From assembly GCF_003018115.1 (NCBI RefSeq), contig NZ_CP027457.1: a stretch of DNA of 64,000 nucleotides. One strand, given 5' to 3'. Of the stretch, positions 1 to 9,418 are shown piece after piece. The stretch is from Escherichia coli (GTDB lineage Bacteria > Pseudomonadota > Gammaproteobacteria > Enterobacterales > Enterobacteriaceae). The notes below the pieces were generated by a model, which searched no databases, was not told the DNA's origin, and saw only the letters and a list, made by a program, of their open reading frames with translations. Positions within the stretch are counted from its first letter, which is position 1; each line of letters begins with the position of its first letter. A program made the position numbers and the translations under genes.

Positions 1-989
1 TCGCAGAGCACTTTATTCCGTTCCTCAACGACCATATCAAGCCATTACTGGTAGGCCGCGATGTGGATGCTTTCCTGCCGAATGCCCGTTTCTTCGACAA
101 ATTGCGTATTGACGGCAACTTGCTGCATACCGCCGTGCGCTACGGATTATCACAGGCGCTGCTTGATGCTACCGCGCTGGCAACCGGCCGTCTGAAAACT
201 GAAGTGGTCTGTGATGAATGGCAGTTGCCACGCGTGGCGGAATCCATTCCATTATTTGGTCAGAGCGGCGACGATCGATATATCGCCGTCGATAAGATGA
301 TCCTTAAGGGCATCGACGTGCTGCCCCATGCGCTGATTAATAACGTCGAAGAGAAGCTGGGCTTTAAAGGTGAAAAACTGCGCGAATATGTCCGCTGGTT
401 GTCGGATCGCATTCTAAGCAAGCGCACCAGCGCACGCTACCACCCTACCCTGCACATCGATGTATACGGCACTATCGGTCTGATCTTCGATATGGATCCG
501 CTTCGCTGTGCGCAATACATCGCCAGCCTGGAAAAAGAAGCGCAAGGCCTGCCGCTCTACATTGAAGGGCCGGTCGATGCCGGTAACAAGCCCGACCAAA
601 TTCGCCTGCTGACCGCGATTACCAAAGAGCTGACGCGCCTCGGTTCCGGCGTGAAAATTGTGGCCGATGAATGGTGTAACACCTACCAGGATATTGTTGA
701 TTTCACTGATGCCGCCAGTTGTCACATGGTGCAAATCAAAACCCCGGATCTGGGCAGTATTCACAACATCGTCGATGCGGTTCTTTACTGCAATAGCCAC
801 AGCATGGAAGCGTACCAGGGCGGCACCTGCAATGAAACTGATGTCAGTGCCCGCACCTGTGTCCACGTCGCCCTTGCCGCTCGCCCTATGCGTATGCTGG
901 TAAAACCAGGGATGGGCTTTGACGAAGGCCTCGATATCGTCTTCAACGAAATGAATCGTACTATCGCGCTGTTGCAGGCTAAGGATTAA
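1..989 (+). CDS. 3-methylaspartate ammonia-lyase (methylaspartase), C-terminal ~330 codons; 5' end lies outside the window
   Basis: Frame (phase from base 3) is open from the window edge to the stop at 987-989. Translation carries methylaspartase/enolase-superfamily signatures LPHALINNVEEKLG, HIDVYGTIG, ADEWCNT, HMVQIKTPDLG, GGTCNET, KPGMGxDEG, matching clostridial methylaspartase as I remember it. Confidence 0.85.
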   Translation, partial: AEHFIPFLNDHIKPLLVGRDVDAFLPNARFFDKLRIDGNLLHTAVRYGLSQALLDATALATGRLKTEVVCDEWQLPRVAESIPLFGQSGDDRYIAVDKMILKGIDVLPHALINNVEEKLGFKGEKLREYVRWLSDRILSKRTSARYHPTLHIDVYGTIGLIFDMDPLRCAQYIASLEKEAQGLPLYIEGPVDAGNKPDQIRLLTAITKELTRLGSGVKIVADEWCNTYQDIVDFTDAASCHMVQIKTPDLGSIHNIVDAVLYCNSHSMEAYQGGTCNETDVSARTCVHVALAARPMRMLVKPGMGFDEGLDIVFNEMNRTIALLQAKD

Positions 990-992
990 CAA

Positions 993-2363
993 ATGGCTCG
1001 TTCTTTTAAAGTCTTATCGCCAACGGCAATCCTCGGGTATGGATTCCCGGAAGAGAGCTTCCGCAAAGCGATGGCAGAATCGCCCGATCTGATCGCCGTT
1101 GATGCAGGCTCTTCCGATCCAGGCCCCCACTACCTCGGGGCAGGCAAACCGTTTACCGATCGCGCAGGGGTCAAGCGCGATCTGCGCTATATGATCACCG
1201 CAGGCGTGCAAAATAATATACCGGTGGTGATCGGAACGGCTGGCGGTTCTGGTGCCGCACCACACCTGGAGTGGTGCCGAGAAATAATTCATGAGATTGC
1301 CCTGGAAGAGCAACTCGCGTTCTCCATGGCGTTGATCCCGGCAGACGTTGACAAAGCCATCGTCCACCAGGCGCTGGATAACGGCAAAATCACGGCGCTG
1401 GATTTTGTCCCGCCGTTAACCCACGACGCGATTGACGAAAGTACGTATATCGTTGCGCAAATGGGCATCGAACCCTTCCAGCGGGCGCTGAAAGAAGGCG
1501 CGCAAGTGGTGCTGGGCGGGCGCGCTTACGACCCGGCCTGCTTTGCTGCGCTACCGATCATGCAAGGCTTTGATGAAGGTCTGGCGCTGCATTGTGGGAA
1601 AATCCTTGAATGCGCGGCAATCGCCGCAACGCCCGGCTCAGGCTCTGACTGTGCGATGGGCATCATTGATGACAACGGCTTTACGCTGAAGACATTTAAT
1701 CCGAAGCGTAAATTTACCGAAACGTCAGCAGCTGCACACACACTGTATGAGAAATCCGATCCCTACTTCCTGCCAGGACCTGGCGGCGTGTTGAACCTGA
1801 AAGGCTGCACATTTAAAGCAGTCAATGACGGCGAAGTCTACGTCAGCGGTTCTAAGCATGAAGAAACGCCGTATGCCCTGAAACTGGAAGGTGCACGACG
1901 GGTGGGCTTCCGCTGTCTGACCATCGCCGGAACGCGCGACCCGATTATGATCGCCGGGATCGATAAAATCATCGATGAAGTCAAAACCAGCGTTTCGCGT
2001 AACCTGTCGCTCGACGATGACAGCATTCGCATCAATTTCCACCTGTACGGCAAAAACGGGGTGATGGGAGACCATGAACCGATGCAAACTGCCGGGCATG
2101 AGCTGGGGATTGTCCTTGATGTAGTTGCACCGACCCAGGAAATTGCCAATAGCGTTTGCTCGCTGGTGCGCTCTACCATGCTGCACTACGGCTATGAAAA
2201 CCGCATCGCTACCGCAGGCAATCTGGCGTTCCCGTTCTCCCCTTCTGATATCCAGGGCGGGCCGGTATACGAATTTTCCATATATCACCTGATTGAAGCC
2301 AACGACGCTCTGCGTTTTGATTTCCATATTGAACAGGTGACGCCAGAAGGAGTTCAGGCATGA
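993..2363 (+). CDS. hypothetical protein, 456 aa; tentatively DUF1446/AtuA-like
   Basis: ATG at 993 with AAGGA about 7 nt upstream, starting 4 nt after the methylaspartase stop. Long ORF with normal composition. Family assignment is from memory only and unverified. Confidence 0.6.
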   Translation: MARSFKVLSPTAILGYGFPEESFRKAMAESPDLIAVDAGSSDPGPHYLGAGKPFTDRAGVKRDLRYMITAGVQNNIPVVIGTAGGSGAAPHLEWCREIIHEIALEEQLAFSMALIPADVDKAIVHQALDNGKITALDFVPPLTHDAIDESTYIVAQMGIEPFQRALKEGAQVVLGGRAYDPACFAALPIMQGFDEGLALHCGKILECAAIAATPGSGSDCAMGIIDDNGFTLKTFNPKRKFTETSAAAHTLYEKSDPYFLPGPGGVLNLKGCTFKAVNDGEVYVSGSKHEETPYALKLEGARRVGFRCLTIAGTRDPIMIAGIDKIIDEVKTSVSRNLSLDDDSIRINFHLYGKNGVMGDHEPMQTAGHELGIVLDVVAPTQEIANSVCSLVRSTMLHYGYENRIATAGNLAFPFSPSDIQGGPVYEFSIYHLIEANDALRFDFHIEQVTPEGVQA

Positions 2364-2677
2364 AACAGTCAATTGTCTCACTGGCGCAAGTCATTCGTTC
2401 GAAAAATGCCGGACCTTACGAACTGGTTTTAGATATTTTATTTAAAACGAAAGAAAACTATGAGCGAGTTAAATCATCAGGGCAATTAACCCCAGAACTG
2501 ATTGCGCGCTTATATCATGTTGAACCTGACTTTATTCATCGTATTGTCTGGTTTGATCCTTCTAACGCAGTAAAAATCGTCATGCCACGAGATATTATCT
2601 CCGGGAATGTAGGTGACAATGATGTCTATGGTGCACAGCAACATGCACCTTTATTAAATATGAGTTTCGATTTGTAA
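2360..2677 (+). CDS. small hypothetical protein, 105 aa; tentatively the DUF4387-like partner of the preceding ORF
   Basis: Start overlaps the upstream stop (ATGA, 2360-2363), indicating translational coupling. Family assignment unverified. Confidence 0.55.
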   Translation: MKQSIVSLAQVIRSKNAGPYELVLDILFKTKENYERVKSSGQLTPELIARLYHVEPDFIHRIVWFDPSNAVKIVMPRDIISGNVGDNDVYGAQQHAPLLNMSFDL

Positions 2678-2760
2678 AAATCCGAATACTTTTAGCCAAC
2701 TGACATCCCGTCACTTATTGCAGTTCAACACTTCAGCTATTTGTAAGGTTGTAATAGCAG

Positions 2761-2792
2761 GTAGATGCCTGAATCTCTATTCAGGCATCTAC
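2761..2792. promoter_or_regulatory. perfect palindrome (14-bp arms, 4-nt loop) GTAGATGCCTGAAT-CTCT-ATTCAGGCATCTAC; possible intra-operon attenuator, RNA processing site or protein-binding site
   Basis: Read directly from the sequence, between the small ORF stop (2677) and the transporter start (2838). No clean T-run follows it. Confidence 0.4.
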
Positions 2793-2837
2793 TTCTCCTG
2801 ATTCTGATTTATCGCCGTGCACCTGATGGAGGAAAAA

Positions 2838-4118
2838 ATGAAGAAAATAAGTTTAACCACGATGATTCTTTTGGCGCTGGTACTTGGAATGATTATCGGC
2901 GTAGTGCTCAATAACACTGCTTCACCGGAAACCGCAAAACTCTATGCGCAAGAAATATCGATATTCACGACGATTTTCTTACGACTGATAAAAATGATTA
3001 TCGCTCCGTTAGTGGTCTCTACCCTGGTGGTAGGTATTGCTAAAATGGGCGATGCCAAAGCCCTTGGTCGTATTTTTTCTAAAACACTTTTTTTATTTAT
3101 TTGCGCCTCATTGCTGTCAATTGCCTTAGGCTTGATAACGGTAAATTTCTTCATGCCAGGCACAGGAATTAATTTTGTTGCACACGGTGCCGAAACCACA
3201 GGAGTGGTCGCGTCAGAACCCTTTACGCTAAAAGTATTTATTTCGCATGCTTTCCCCACCAGCATTGTCGATGCCATGGCGCACAATGAAATTTTGCAAA
3301 TCGTGGTGTTCTCAATTTTCCTCGGCTGTAGCCTGACGGCGATTGGCGAGAAAGGCAGCGCCATCGTTCACGCCTTAGATTCGCTGGCACATGCCATGTT
3401 AAAGCTCACTGGCTACGTCATGCTCTTCGCTCCCCTGACCGTATTCGCCGCTATTTCAGCATTGATTGCTGAACGAGGACTGGCCGTTATGGTGAGCGCC
3501 GGGATCTTTATGGGTGAATTTTATTTCACCATGTTATTACTTTGGGTGCTGCTTATCGGTCTGGCCATCGTTTATGTCGGCCCCTGCATCAGACGCCTGA
3601 CCCGCGCCCTTTCGGAACCCGCCCTGCTGGCATTTACCACATCCAGTTCTGAAGCGGCTTTTCCGGGAACGCTTGAAAAACTGGAGCAATTTGGCGTTTC
3701 CCCCAAAATTGCCAGCTTTGTCTTACCCATTGGCTACTCATTTAATCTCGTTGGATCAATGGCCTACTGCTCCTTCGCCACAGTTTTCATCGCCCAGGCC
3801 TGCAATATCCATTTATCCATCGGTGAACAAATCACCATGCTGTTGATCCTGATGTTGACCTCGAAAGGAATGGCTGGCGTACCACGCGCCTCAATGGTGG
3901 TTATCGCCGCCACGCTCAACCAGTTCAATATTCCGGAAGCGGGGCTGATCTTGCTGATGGGCGTTGATCCGTTCCTTGATATGGGGCGTTCCGCGACAAA
4001 CGTCATGAGCAACGCAATGGGCGCTGCGATGGTGAGTCGGTGGGAAGGCGAACATTTCGGCGAGGGCTGTCGGGGTAAAGCATTAAAACCCAATGAATCG
4101 AACGTTGCTCTGCCCTGA
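2838..4118 (+). CDS. dicarboxylate/amino acid:cation symporter (DAACS family, DctA/GltP-like), 426 aa
   Basis: ATG at 2838 preceded by GGAGG. Highly hydrophobic multi-helix protein with DAACS-like segments; the longer ORF from 2817 is probably an upstream extension. Confidence 0.8.
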   Translation: MKKISLTTMILLALVLGMIIGVVLNNTASPETAKLYAQEISIFTTIFLRLIKMIIAPLVVSTLVVGIAKMGDAKALGRIFSKTLFLFICASLLSIALGLITVNFFMPGTGINFVAHGAETTGVVASEPFTLKVFISHAFPTSIVDAMAHNEILQIVVFSIFLGCSLTAIGEKGSAIVHALDSLAHAMLKLTGYVMLFAPLTVFAAISALIAERGLAVMVSAGIFMGEFYFTMLLLWVLLIGLAIVYVGPCIRRLTRALSEPALLAFTTSSSEAAFPGTLEKLEQFGVSPKIASFVLPIGYSFNLVGSMAYCSFATVFIAQACNIHLSIGEQITMLLILMLTSKGMAGVPRASMVVIAATLNQFNIPEAGLILLMGVDPFLDMGRSATNVMSNAMGAAMVSRWEGEHFGEGCRGKALKPNESNVALP

Positions 4119-4225
4119 GGGGGATCTTAAGCAATCAGAAGCCAATGACTACGCATTTTTATAAGCCGGATCATGAAGTTAGACGGCAATTAAGTAACAC
4201 TAACGTTTAAGGTGAAAAGTGAAAT

Positions 4226-5878
4226 ATGTCCAAACCATTTATCTGGCAAGAACCGTTTCTACAAAATAAAGACGGTACAGAATATACATTAATTAGCGAT
4301 CAGCATATTACAGTAACGGAATTAGACGGCGAAGAAGTGATAAAAATCGCTCCTGAAGCATTAACGCTGCTTGCCCGGCAGGCATTTTATGAAGCCTCTT
4401 TTTTCTTACGTTCCGCTCATTTGCAACAGGTCGCCAGCATTCTTAACGATCAGCAGGCCAGTAGTAATGATAAATACGTTGCGTTGCAGTTATTACGTAA
4501 TGCTGAAGTCTCAGCAAAAGGGGTATTACCCAACTGTCAGGATACCGGCACCGCAACTATTGTTGCCAGTAAAGGGCAACAGATATGGACCGGAGGTAAC
4601 GACGCTGAAGCCTTAAGCAAAGGCATTTACAGTACTTTCCAGGAAAATAATCTGCGCTTTTCACAAAATGCGCCGCTGGATATGTATACCGAAGTCAATA
4701 CGCAAACCAATCTCCCGGCGCAGATTGATATCAGCGCTGTCGCTGGTGATGAGTACCATTTTCTCTGTGTTAATAAAGGGGGCGGCTCCGCCAATAAAGC
4801 CGCGCTTTATCAGGAAACCAAATCCTTATTGCAACCAGAAAAACTGACCGCATTTTTAATCGAAAAAATGAAATCGCTGGGCACCGCTGCCTGCCCGCCT
4901 TACCACATCGCCTTTGTCGTCGGAGGGCTTTCAGCCGATCAAACCTTAAAAGTTGCCAAGCTGGCCTCAACGAAATATTACGACAATTTGCCCACCAGCG
5001 GAAACGAGCAGGGACAAGCATTCCGTGATATTGAGCTGGAAAAAGCGTTGCTCGAGGCCAGTCAGCAATTTGGTATTGGTGCACAATTTGGGGGGAAATA
5101 TTTCGCTCATGATATTCGCGTCATGCGTCTGCCGCGTCACGGTGGCTCTTGCCCGATAGCTATGGCGCTCTCCTGTTCTGCCGATCGCAATATCAAAGCA
5201 AAAATTAACAAACACGGTATCTGGCTGGAAAAACTCGAACACAATCCGGGGCAATATATTCCAGCCTCATTGCGGGAAGAAAATCACGCGCAACATGTAC
5301 AACTGGATCTAAACCGTCCGTTGCGTGACGTGATGCTGGATCTCGCCAGATTACCGGTAGGCACCCGCGTGTCGTTAAGTGGTCCCATCGTAGTGGCGCG
5401 CGATATCGCCCACGCCAAAATAAAAGCGCGGCTGGATAGCGGCGAATCGATGCCGGAGTACCTGAAGCATCATATTGTCTATTACGCTGGCCCGGCGAAA
5501 ACACCGGAGAACATGGCCTGCGGTTCACTGGGTCCAACCACGGGCGGTCGAATGGACGGTTATATCGATACCTTCCAGGCGGCTGGCGGCAGTCTGGTGA
5601 TGTTATCGAAAGGTAACCGCAGCCAGCAGGTCACCGATGCCTGTCACAAACATGGCGGCTTCAATCTGGGAAGTATTGGCGGTGCTGCTGCGTTACTGGC
5701 GCAAGAATATGTCAAAAGTCTGCGTTGCCTGGAATATCCGGAGCTGGGTATGGAAGCGGTGTGGATGATGGAAGTGGAAAATCTGCCCGCATTCATCCTG
5801 GTAGATGATAAAGGCAATAATTTCTTTAGTCAGTTTGAGCAGCAACACCGCTGCGCCAGTTGCCCTGCGGGACATTAA
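4226..5878 (+). CDS. fumD: class I (Fe-S) fumarate hydratase paralog, 550 aa; candidate mesaconase (FumD-like)
   Basis: Near full-length similarity to E. coli FumA/FumB as I remember them (WQEPF, GVLPxCQDTGTA, [41 protein letters not shown], GSLGPTTxGRMD). The symbol is from my memory of a described O157:H7 mesaconase and is not verified. Confidence 0.75.
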   Translation: MSKPFIWQEPFLQNKDGTEYTLISDQHITVTELDGEEVIKIAPEALTLLARQAFYEASFFLRSAHLQQVASILNDQQASSNDKYVALQLLRNAEVSAKGVLPNCQDTGTATIVASKGQQIWTGGNDAEALSKGIYSTFQENNLRFSQNAPLDMYTEVNTQTNLPAQIDISAVAGDEYHFLCVNKGGGSANKAALYQETKSLLQPEKLTAFLIEKMKSLGTAACPPYHIAFVVGGLSADQTLKVAKLASTKYYDNLPTSGNEQGQAFRDIELEKALLEASQQFGIGAQFGGKYFAHDIRVMRLPRHGGSCPIAMALSCSADRNIKAKINKHGIWLEKLEHNPGQYIPASLREENHAQHVQLDLNRPLRDVMLDLARLPVGTRVSLSGPIVVARDIAHAKIKARLDSGESMPEYLKHHIVYYAGPAKTPENMACGSLGPTTGGRMDGYIDTFQAAGGSLVMLSKGNRSQQVTDACHKHGGFNLGSIGGAAALLAQEYVKSLRCLEYPELGMEAVWMMEVENLPAFILVDDKGNNFFSQFEQQHRCASCPAGH

Positions 5879-5887
5879 GGAAAATGA

Positions 5888-6490
5888 ATGGAAGCGCGAA
5901 TTTCAACTGAACGGCATGTGCAGCGCCAACAGAAATTGAAGGAACAGGTCGATACGCGCGTCGCGGCGGCGATAGAGAAAAAAGGGATCTTGATTGTTTT
6001 CACCGGCAACGGCAAAGGGAAATCCACTGCCGCGTTTGGTACTGTGACGCGCGCGGTGGGTCATGGCAAAACGGTGGGGGTTGCGCAGTACATCAAGGGG
6101 CAATGGGACAACGGCGAATACAACCTTCTCCAGCCGCTGGGGGTTGAGTTTCATATTATGGGAACCGGTTTTACCTGGGAGACACAGAACCGGCAAGCGG
6201 ATATCGACGCGGCGAAAGAGGTCTGGTCGGAAAGCAAACGGATGCTGGCTGACAAGCGTTACGACTTAGTGGTGCTTGATGAGCTGACCTATATGCTGGC
6301 TTACCATTATCTGGATACCGAAGAAGTGATCGCTTCTCTGCAAAACCGCCCGGCACAACAAAGTGTCATTGTCACCGGACGCGGTTGCCACAGTCAGATA
6401 TTAAAAATGGCAGATACGGTCAGCGAAATCCGCCCCGTCAAACATGCTTTTGATAACGGCATACAGGCCCAGCCGGGTATCGACTGGTAA
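5888..6490 (+). CDS. ATP:cob(I)alamin adenosyltransferase, BtuR/CobA paralog, 200 aa
   Basis: P-loop VFTGNGKGKSTAAFG plus GFTWETQNR and LDELTYM motifs align along the whole length with E. coli BtuR as remembered. RBS AAGG upstream of the ATG at 5888. Confidence 0.85.
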   Translation: MEARISTERHVQRQQKLKEQVDTRVAAAIEKKGILIVFTGNGKGKSTAAFGTVTRAVGHGKTVGVAQYIKGQWDNGEYNLLQPLGVEFHIMGTGFTWETQNRQADIDAAKEVWSESKRMLADKRYDLVVLDELTYMLAYHYLDTEEVIASLQNRPAQQSVIVTGRGCHSQILKMADTVSEIRPVKHAFDNGIQAQPGIDW

Positions 6491-6493
6491 TAA

Positions 6494-6520
6494 CTGCGCC
6501 TGGCATCCTGCCAGGCGCAG
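6494..6520. terminator. hairpin CTGCGCCTGGCA-TCC-TGCCAGGCGCAG between convergent genes
   Basis: Perfect 12-bp inverted repeat lying between the adenosyltransferase stop (6490) and the LysR stop (6524), followed by GTTTTA. Confidence 0.5.
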
Positions 6521-6523
6521 GTT

Positions 6524-7429
6524 TTACATCTCCTGCGGTACGACCGATTTCGCCAGCAACCATTCACGAAATTGCTGCAAGTGCGGTGAGTCAGACTTCT
6601 CTTCCTGCCACGTCATAATAAAACGATTACCGGTACGAATAGGCACATCACAGGGGATCACCATATCGCCACTATCCAAATCATGTTGAATAGCGAACCG
6701 TGGTAACAGCGCCACGCCGAGATTAGAGCGCACGGCGGCAATCAGCATTGAAAGCAAATCGAAACGTGGTCCGTTGTTGACCAGCGGACTGCTAACGCCA
6801 GATAAAGCAAACCACTCTTCCCAGCCAGTAATACGGGTGCTTTGATGCAGAAGTGGTAACTCAGTAAGCAGTTCTGCCACTGACAGTTTTTGATCGGACA
6901 TTGCAAGCAAACTGCCGCTGCATACCGGCAAAATCTCCTCATCAAAGAGATATTCTACTTCCGCCCAGGGCGCGCAAAAATTTTCGCGCATAATGACAGC
7001 ATCGTACTCCCGATTAAGAAAATCGCCGTTATTAGCTAAAGAATGAATATTAACAATAATATCGGGATGTAACTTTGTGAATTCATGTAAATTTGGGATC
7101 AACCAGTGGGTACTAAAAGTAGGATTAACGGCAAGTTCAATAACCTGAACCGTAGGCTGCCAGGTCATAATGGTATTGGTATCGCGTTCCAGCTTATTTA
7201 ATGTTTCTTTTACTATCCCCAGGTAATACTTCCCTGCATCATTAAGAAAAATGCGTTTTTTAGAGTGTGAAAATAACGGAGTACGTAAAAATTCCTCCAG
7301 CGCACTTACTTGTCTGAATACTGCACTTTGGGTTAACGCTAACTCCTCTGCCGCTCTGGTATAACTTTCATGACGTGCGACGACCTCAAAAGTCACCAGC
7401 AGTTCCGTTTTAGGTATTTTCCCTCGCAT
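6524..7429 (-). CDS. LysR-family transcriptional regulator, 301 aa
   Basis: N-terminal HTH region (LTQSAVFRQVSALEEFL) and the usual ~300 aa length. Convergent with the pathway operon. Confidence 0.85.
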   Translation of the reverse strand: MRGKIPKTELLVTFEVVARHESYTRAAEELALTQSAVFRQVSALEEFLRTPLFSHSKKRIFLNDAGKYYLGIVKETLNKLERDTNTIMTWQPTVQVIELAVNPTFSTHWLIPNLHEFTKLHPDIIVNIHSLANNGDFLNREYDAVIMRENFCAPWAEVEYLFDEEILPVCSGSLLAMSDQKLSVAELLTELPLLHQSTRITGWEEWFALSGVSSPLVNNGPRFDLLSMLIAAVRSNLGVALLPRFAIQHDLDSGDMVIPCDVPIRTGNRFIMTWQEEKSDSPHLQQFREWLLAKSVVPQEM

Positions 7430-8194
7430 AATGCCTTCCGTGAAAAAAATAACAATTCAAAAAATTATTTTATAAAAAATAGTAGTGCTAATGAATATCA
7501 TAATTCAAATAAACAAACCAGTCAGCTATATGTCCAACCAGAAAAATAAAGTGACAATAATCCTAAAACAGAAATTTCACCTCAGTTATCCGCATGCAAT
7601 ACTTTAAAGCTATTATTGCAAGAATATTATTCATATACATGAATATACTCTAAATAACTCGAGTTGCAGGAAGGCAACAAATAATGAATTTCCAGAAACT
7701 TACATAAGTCAGTGGCCAGGGTGAGCGAACATCGATGCAGAACATGCAACTTGAAGTATGACAAGTATACAATGATAAATTTAGATACCCTATGTTATAT
7801 ATTATCTATGTCTGGTTAAATTGAATGAGTCATGGCCTTAAAAGACTTCGCAAAAGATAATTTCTCTTTAACAATAAGCCAGATTTACCACTTGTAAAAA
7901 TTGCTATCGCCACATACACTACGCGCGTTTTCTTTCCCTTTTGCTGGCTGCTGACCGGAAAGACAAAATTACCCTCGCAATACAGGGGGTTTTTTAACGT
8001 CTATATTTCAGGACAGCGTTATTCATCATCTTTCAAGGCTTGATAAAGCCTTTCTGCGCAAAGGGATCCAACTTTCCCGCGCCAACAATATTGTTTCATT
8101 ATCTCGTCCATCTGGTGCCAGTGCCCGCGTACTGCTGCCGGACGAACTACCGCTGGAAGAAAAAGCAGTAACACAACTGCTTGATTTTGCAGAA

Positions 8195-9418
8195 GTGAAG
8201 CTACCAGACCACCCAGGTTATGTGCGCCAGACGTGCGCGACGCCAGATTTTCACCCCGGCAATGGCGTCCCCGTTGGCGCGGTGGTGGCCTCAACGCCGG
8301 ATTTAGTCATTCCCGCCGCCATCGGCACCGATATTTCTTGCGGCATGCGGCTGCTAACGACTGGATTAACACTTGAGCAAGCCGAAGCGAATAAAGACGT
8401 CATCACTCAGCGGTTAACGCAAGTGCTACTGCAAAATGAGCGCGATGTTCCGTTATCCGCACAAGCGTTCACTGCGCTTTTTGATGGCGGACCGGCAGAT
8501 TACGTATCGACCTTGCCATCAGCAGGTCTCTGGACACGCACGAATATCCCCCGAATGGTACAAGAGATTGACCGCTGCATTGGGCTTAACGAGCATAACA
8601 GTCATTCGCGTTATGCCCCACCCGCCCTACTGGCAACGGACCGCGCATTACTCCGCGATCCTTGTCTGGGTACGCCAGGTTCAGGTAATCATTTTATTGA
8701 ACTTCAGGTGGTTGATAGCGTGGTCGATCGCCATGTGGCCTGGCAACAAGGGCTGAAAACGGGCGATATCGTGGTGATGATCCACAGTGGATCGCGAGAT
8801 GTCGGCTTTTACGTCGGACGACGCTGGATGGACCGTGCCCGTGCTGAATGGCCCGCCGGGCATAAACACCCACAAAGCGGGTTATATGGTCTGGCTGGTG
8901 GACTGGCGGAGGAATATCTACAAGCGATGGGAATGGCGGCGCGTTACGCATGGTTAAATCGCGTGACCATTGCGGAAATGGTTCGCGTATGTTTTGCCGA
9001 TTTATTTCATCAGGATGATTCACATCTGGTGGTGGATGTGCCGCATAACATCATCCTTCGCGAACATGAAATGAATATTCATCGCAAAGGTGCAACACCG
9101 GCACACGCGGGCGCTCTGGCATTAATCCCCGGTTCAATGGGCGATTATACGTGGCTTGCGGTAGGTTGCGGCAACTCGGAGTGGTTGTGGTCATGCAGTC
9201 ATGGAGCAGGACGCAGCCAGCGTCGGCAGGCGATGCGCTCACGCGCGACTGAAGAGTCAACGCTGCCGTGGCAATGCGTCACATTGCGTGAAGAACGACG
9301 TCTTGAAGAAGCGCCAGCTGCTTATAAAGATATTGCTCCGGTTATCGAAGCCCAACAAGAAGCCGGATTGATTCAGCCTGCGGTCAGATTACGACCGTGG
9401 TTAACGTTTAAGGGGTAA
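8195..9418 (+). CDS. RtcB-family RNA ligase homolog, 407 aa from the first canonical start (GTG at 8195)
   Basis: RtcB motifs DISCGM, GSGNHFIE, HSGSRDVG, HRKGAT, SCSHGAGR. The frame stays open for 80 codons upstream (7955-8194) with no ATG, GTG or TTG, so the true start is uncertain. Confidence 0.8.
   Translation: MKLPDHPGYVRQTCATPDFHPGNGVPVGAVVASTPDLVIPAAIGTDISCGMRLLTTGLTLEQAEANKDVITQRLTQVLLQNERDVPLSAQAFTALFDGGPADYVSTLPSAGLWTRTNIPRMVQEIDRCIGLNEHNSHSRYAPPALLATDRALLRDPCLGTPGSGNHFIELQVVDSVVDRHVAWQQGLKTGDIVVMIHSGSRDVGFYVGRRWMDRARAEWPAGHKHPQSGLYGLAGGLAEEYLQAMGMAARYAWLNRVTIAEMVRVCFADLFHQDDSHLVVDVPHNIILREHEMNIHRKGATPAHAGALALIPGSMGDYTWLAVGCGNSEWLWSCSHGAGRSQRRQAMRSRATEESTLPWQCVTLREERRLEEAPAAYKDIAPVIEAQQEAGLIQPAVRLRPWLTFKG

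Noticed and set aside
8195-9418. RtcB homolog as part of a prfH-rtcB or rtcBA-rtcR module
   Set aside because: No release-factor-like, RtcA-like or sigma-54 activator-like ORF is adjacent on either side; the gene appears solitary.
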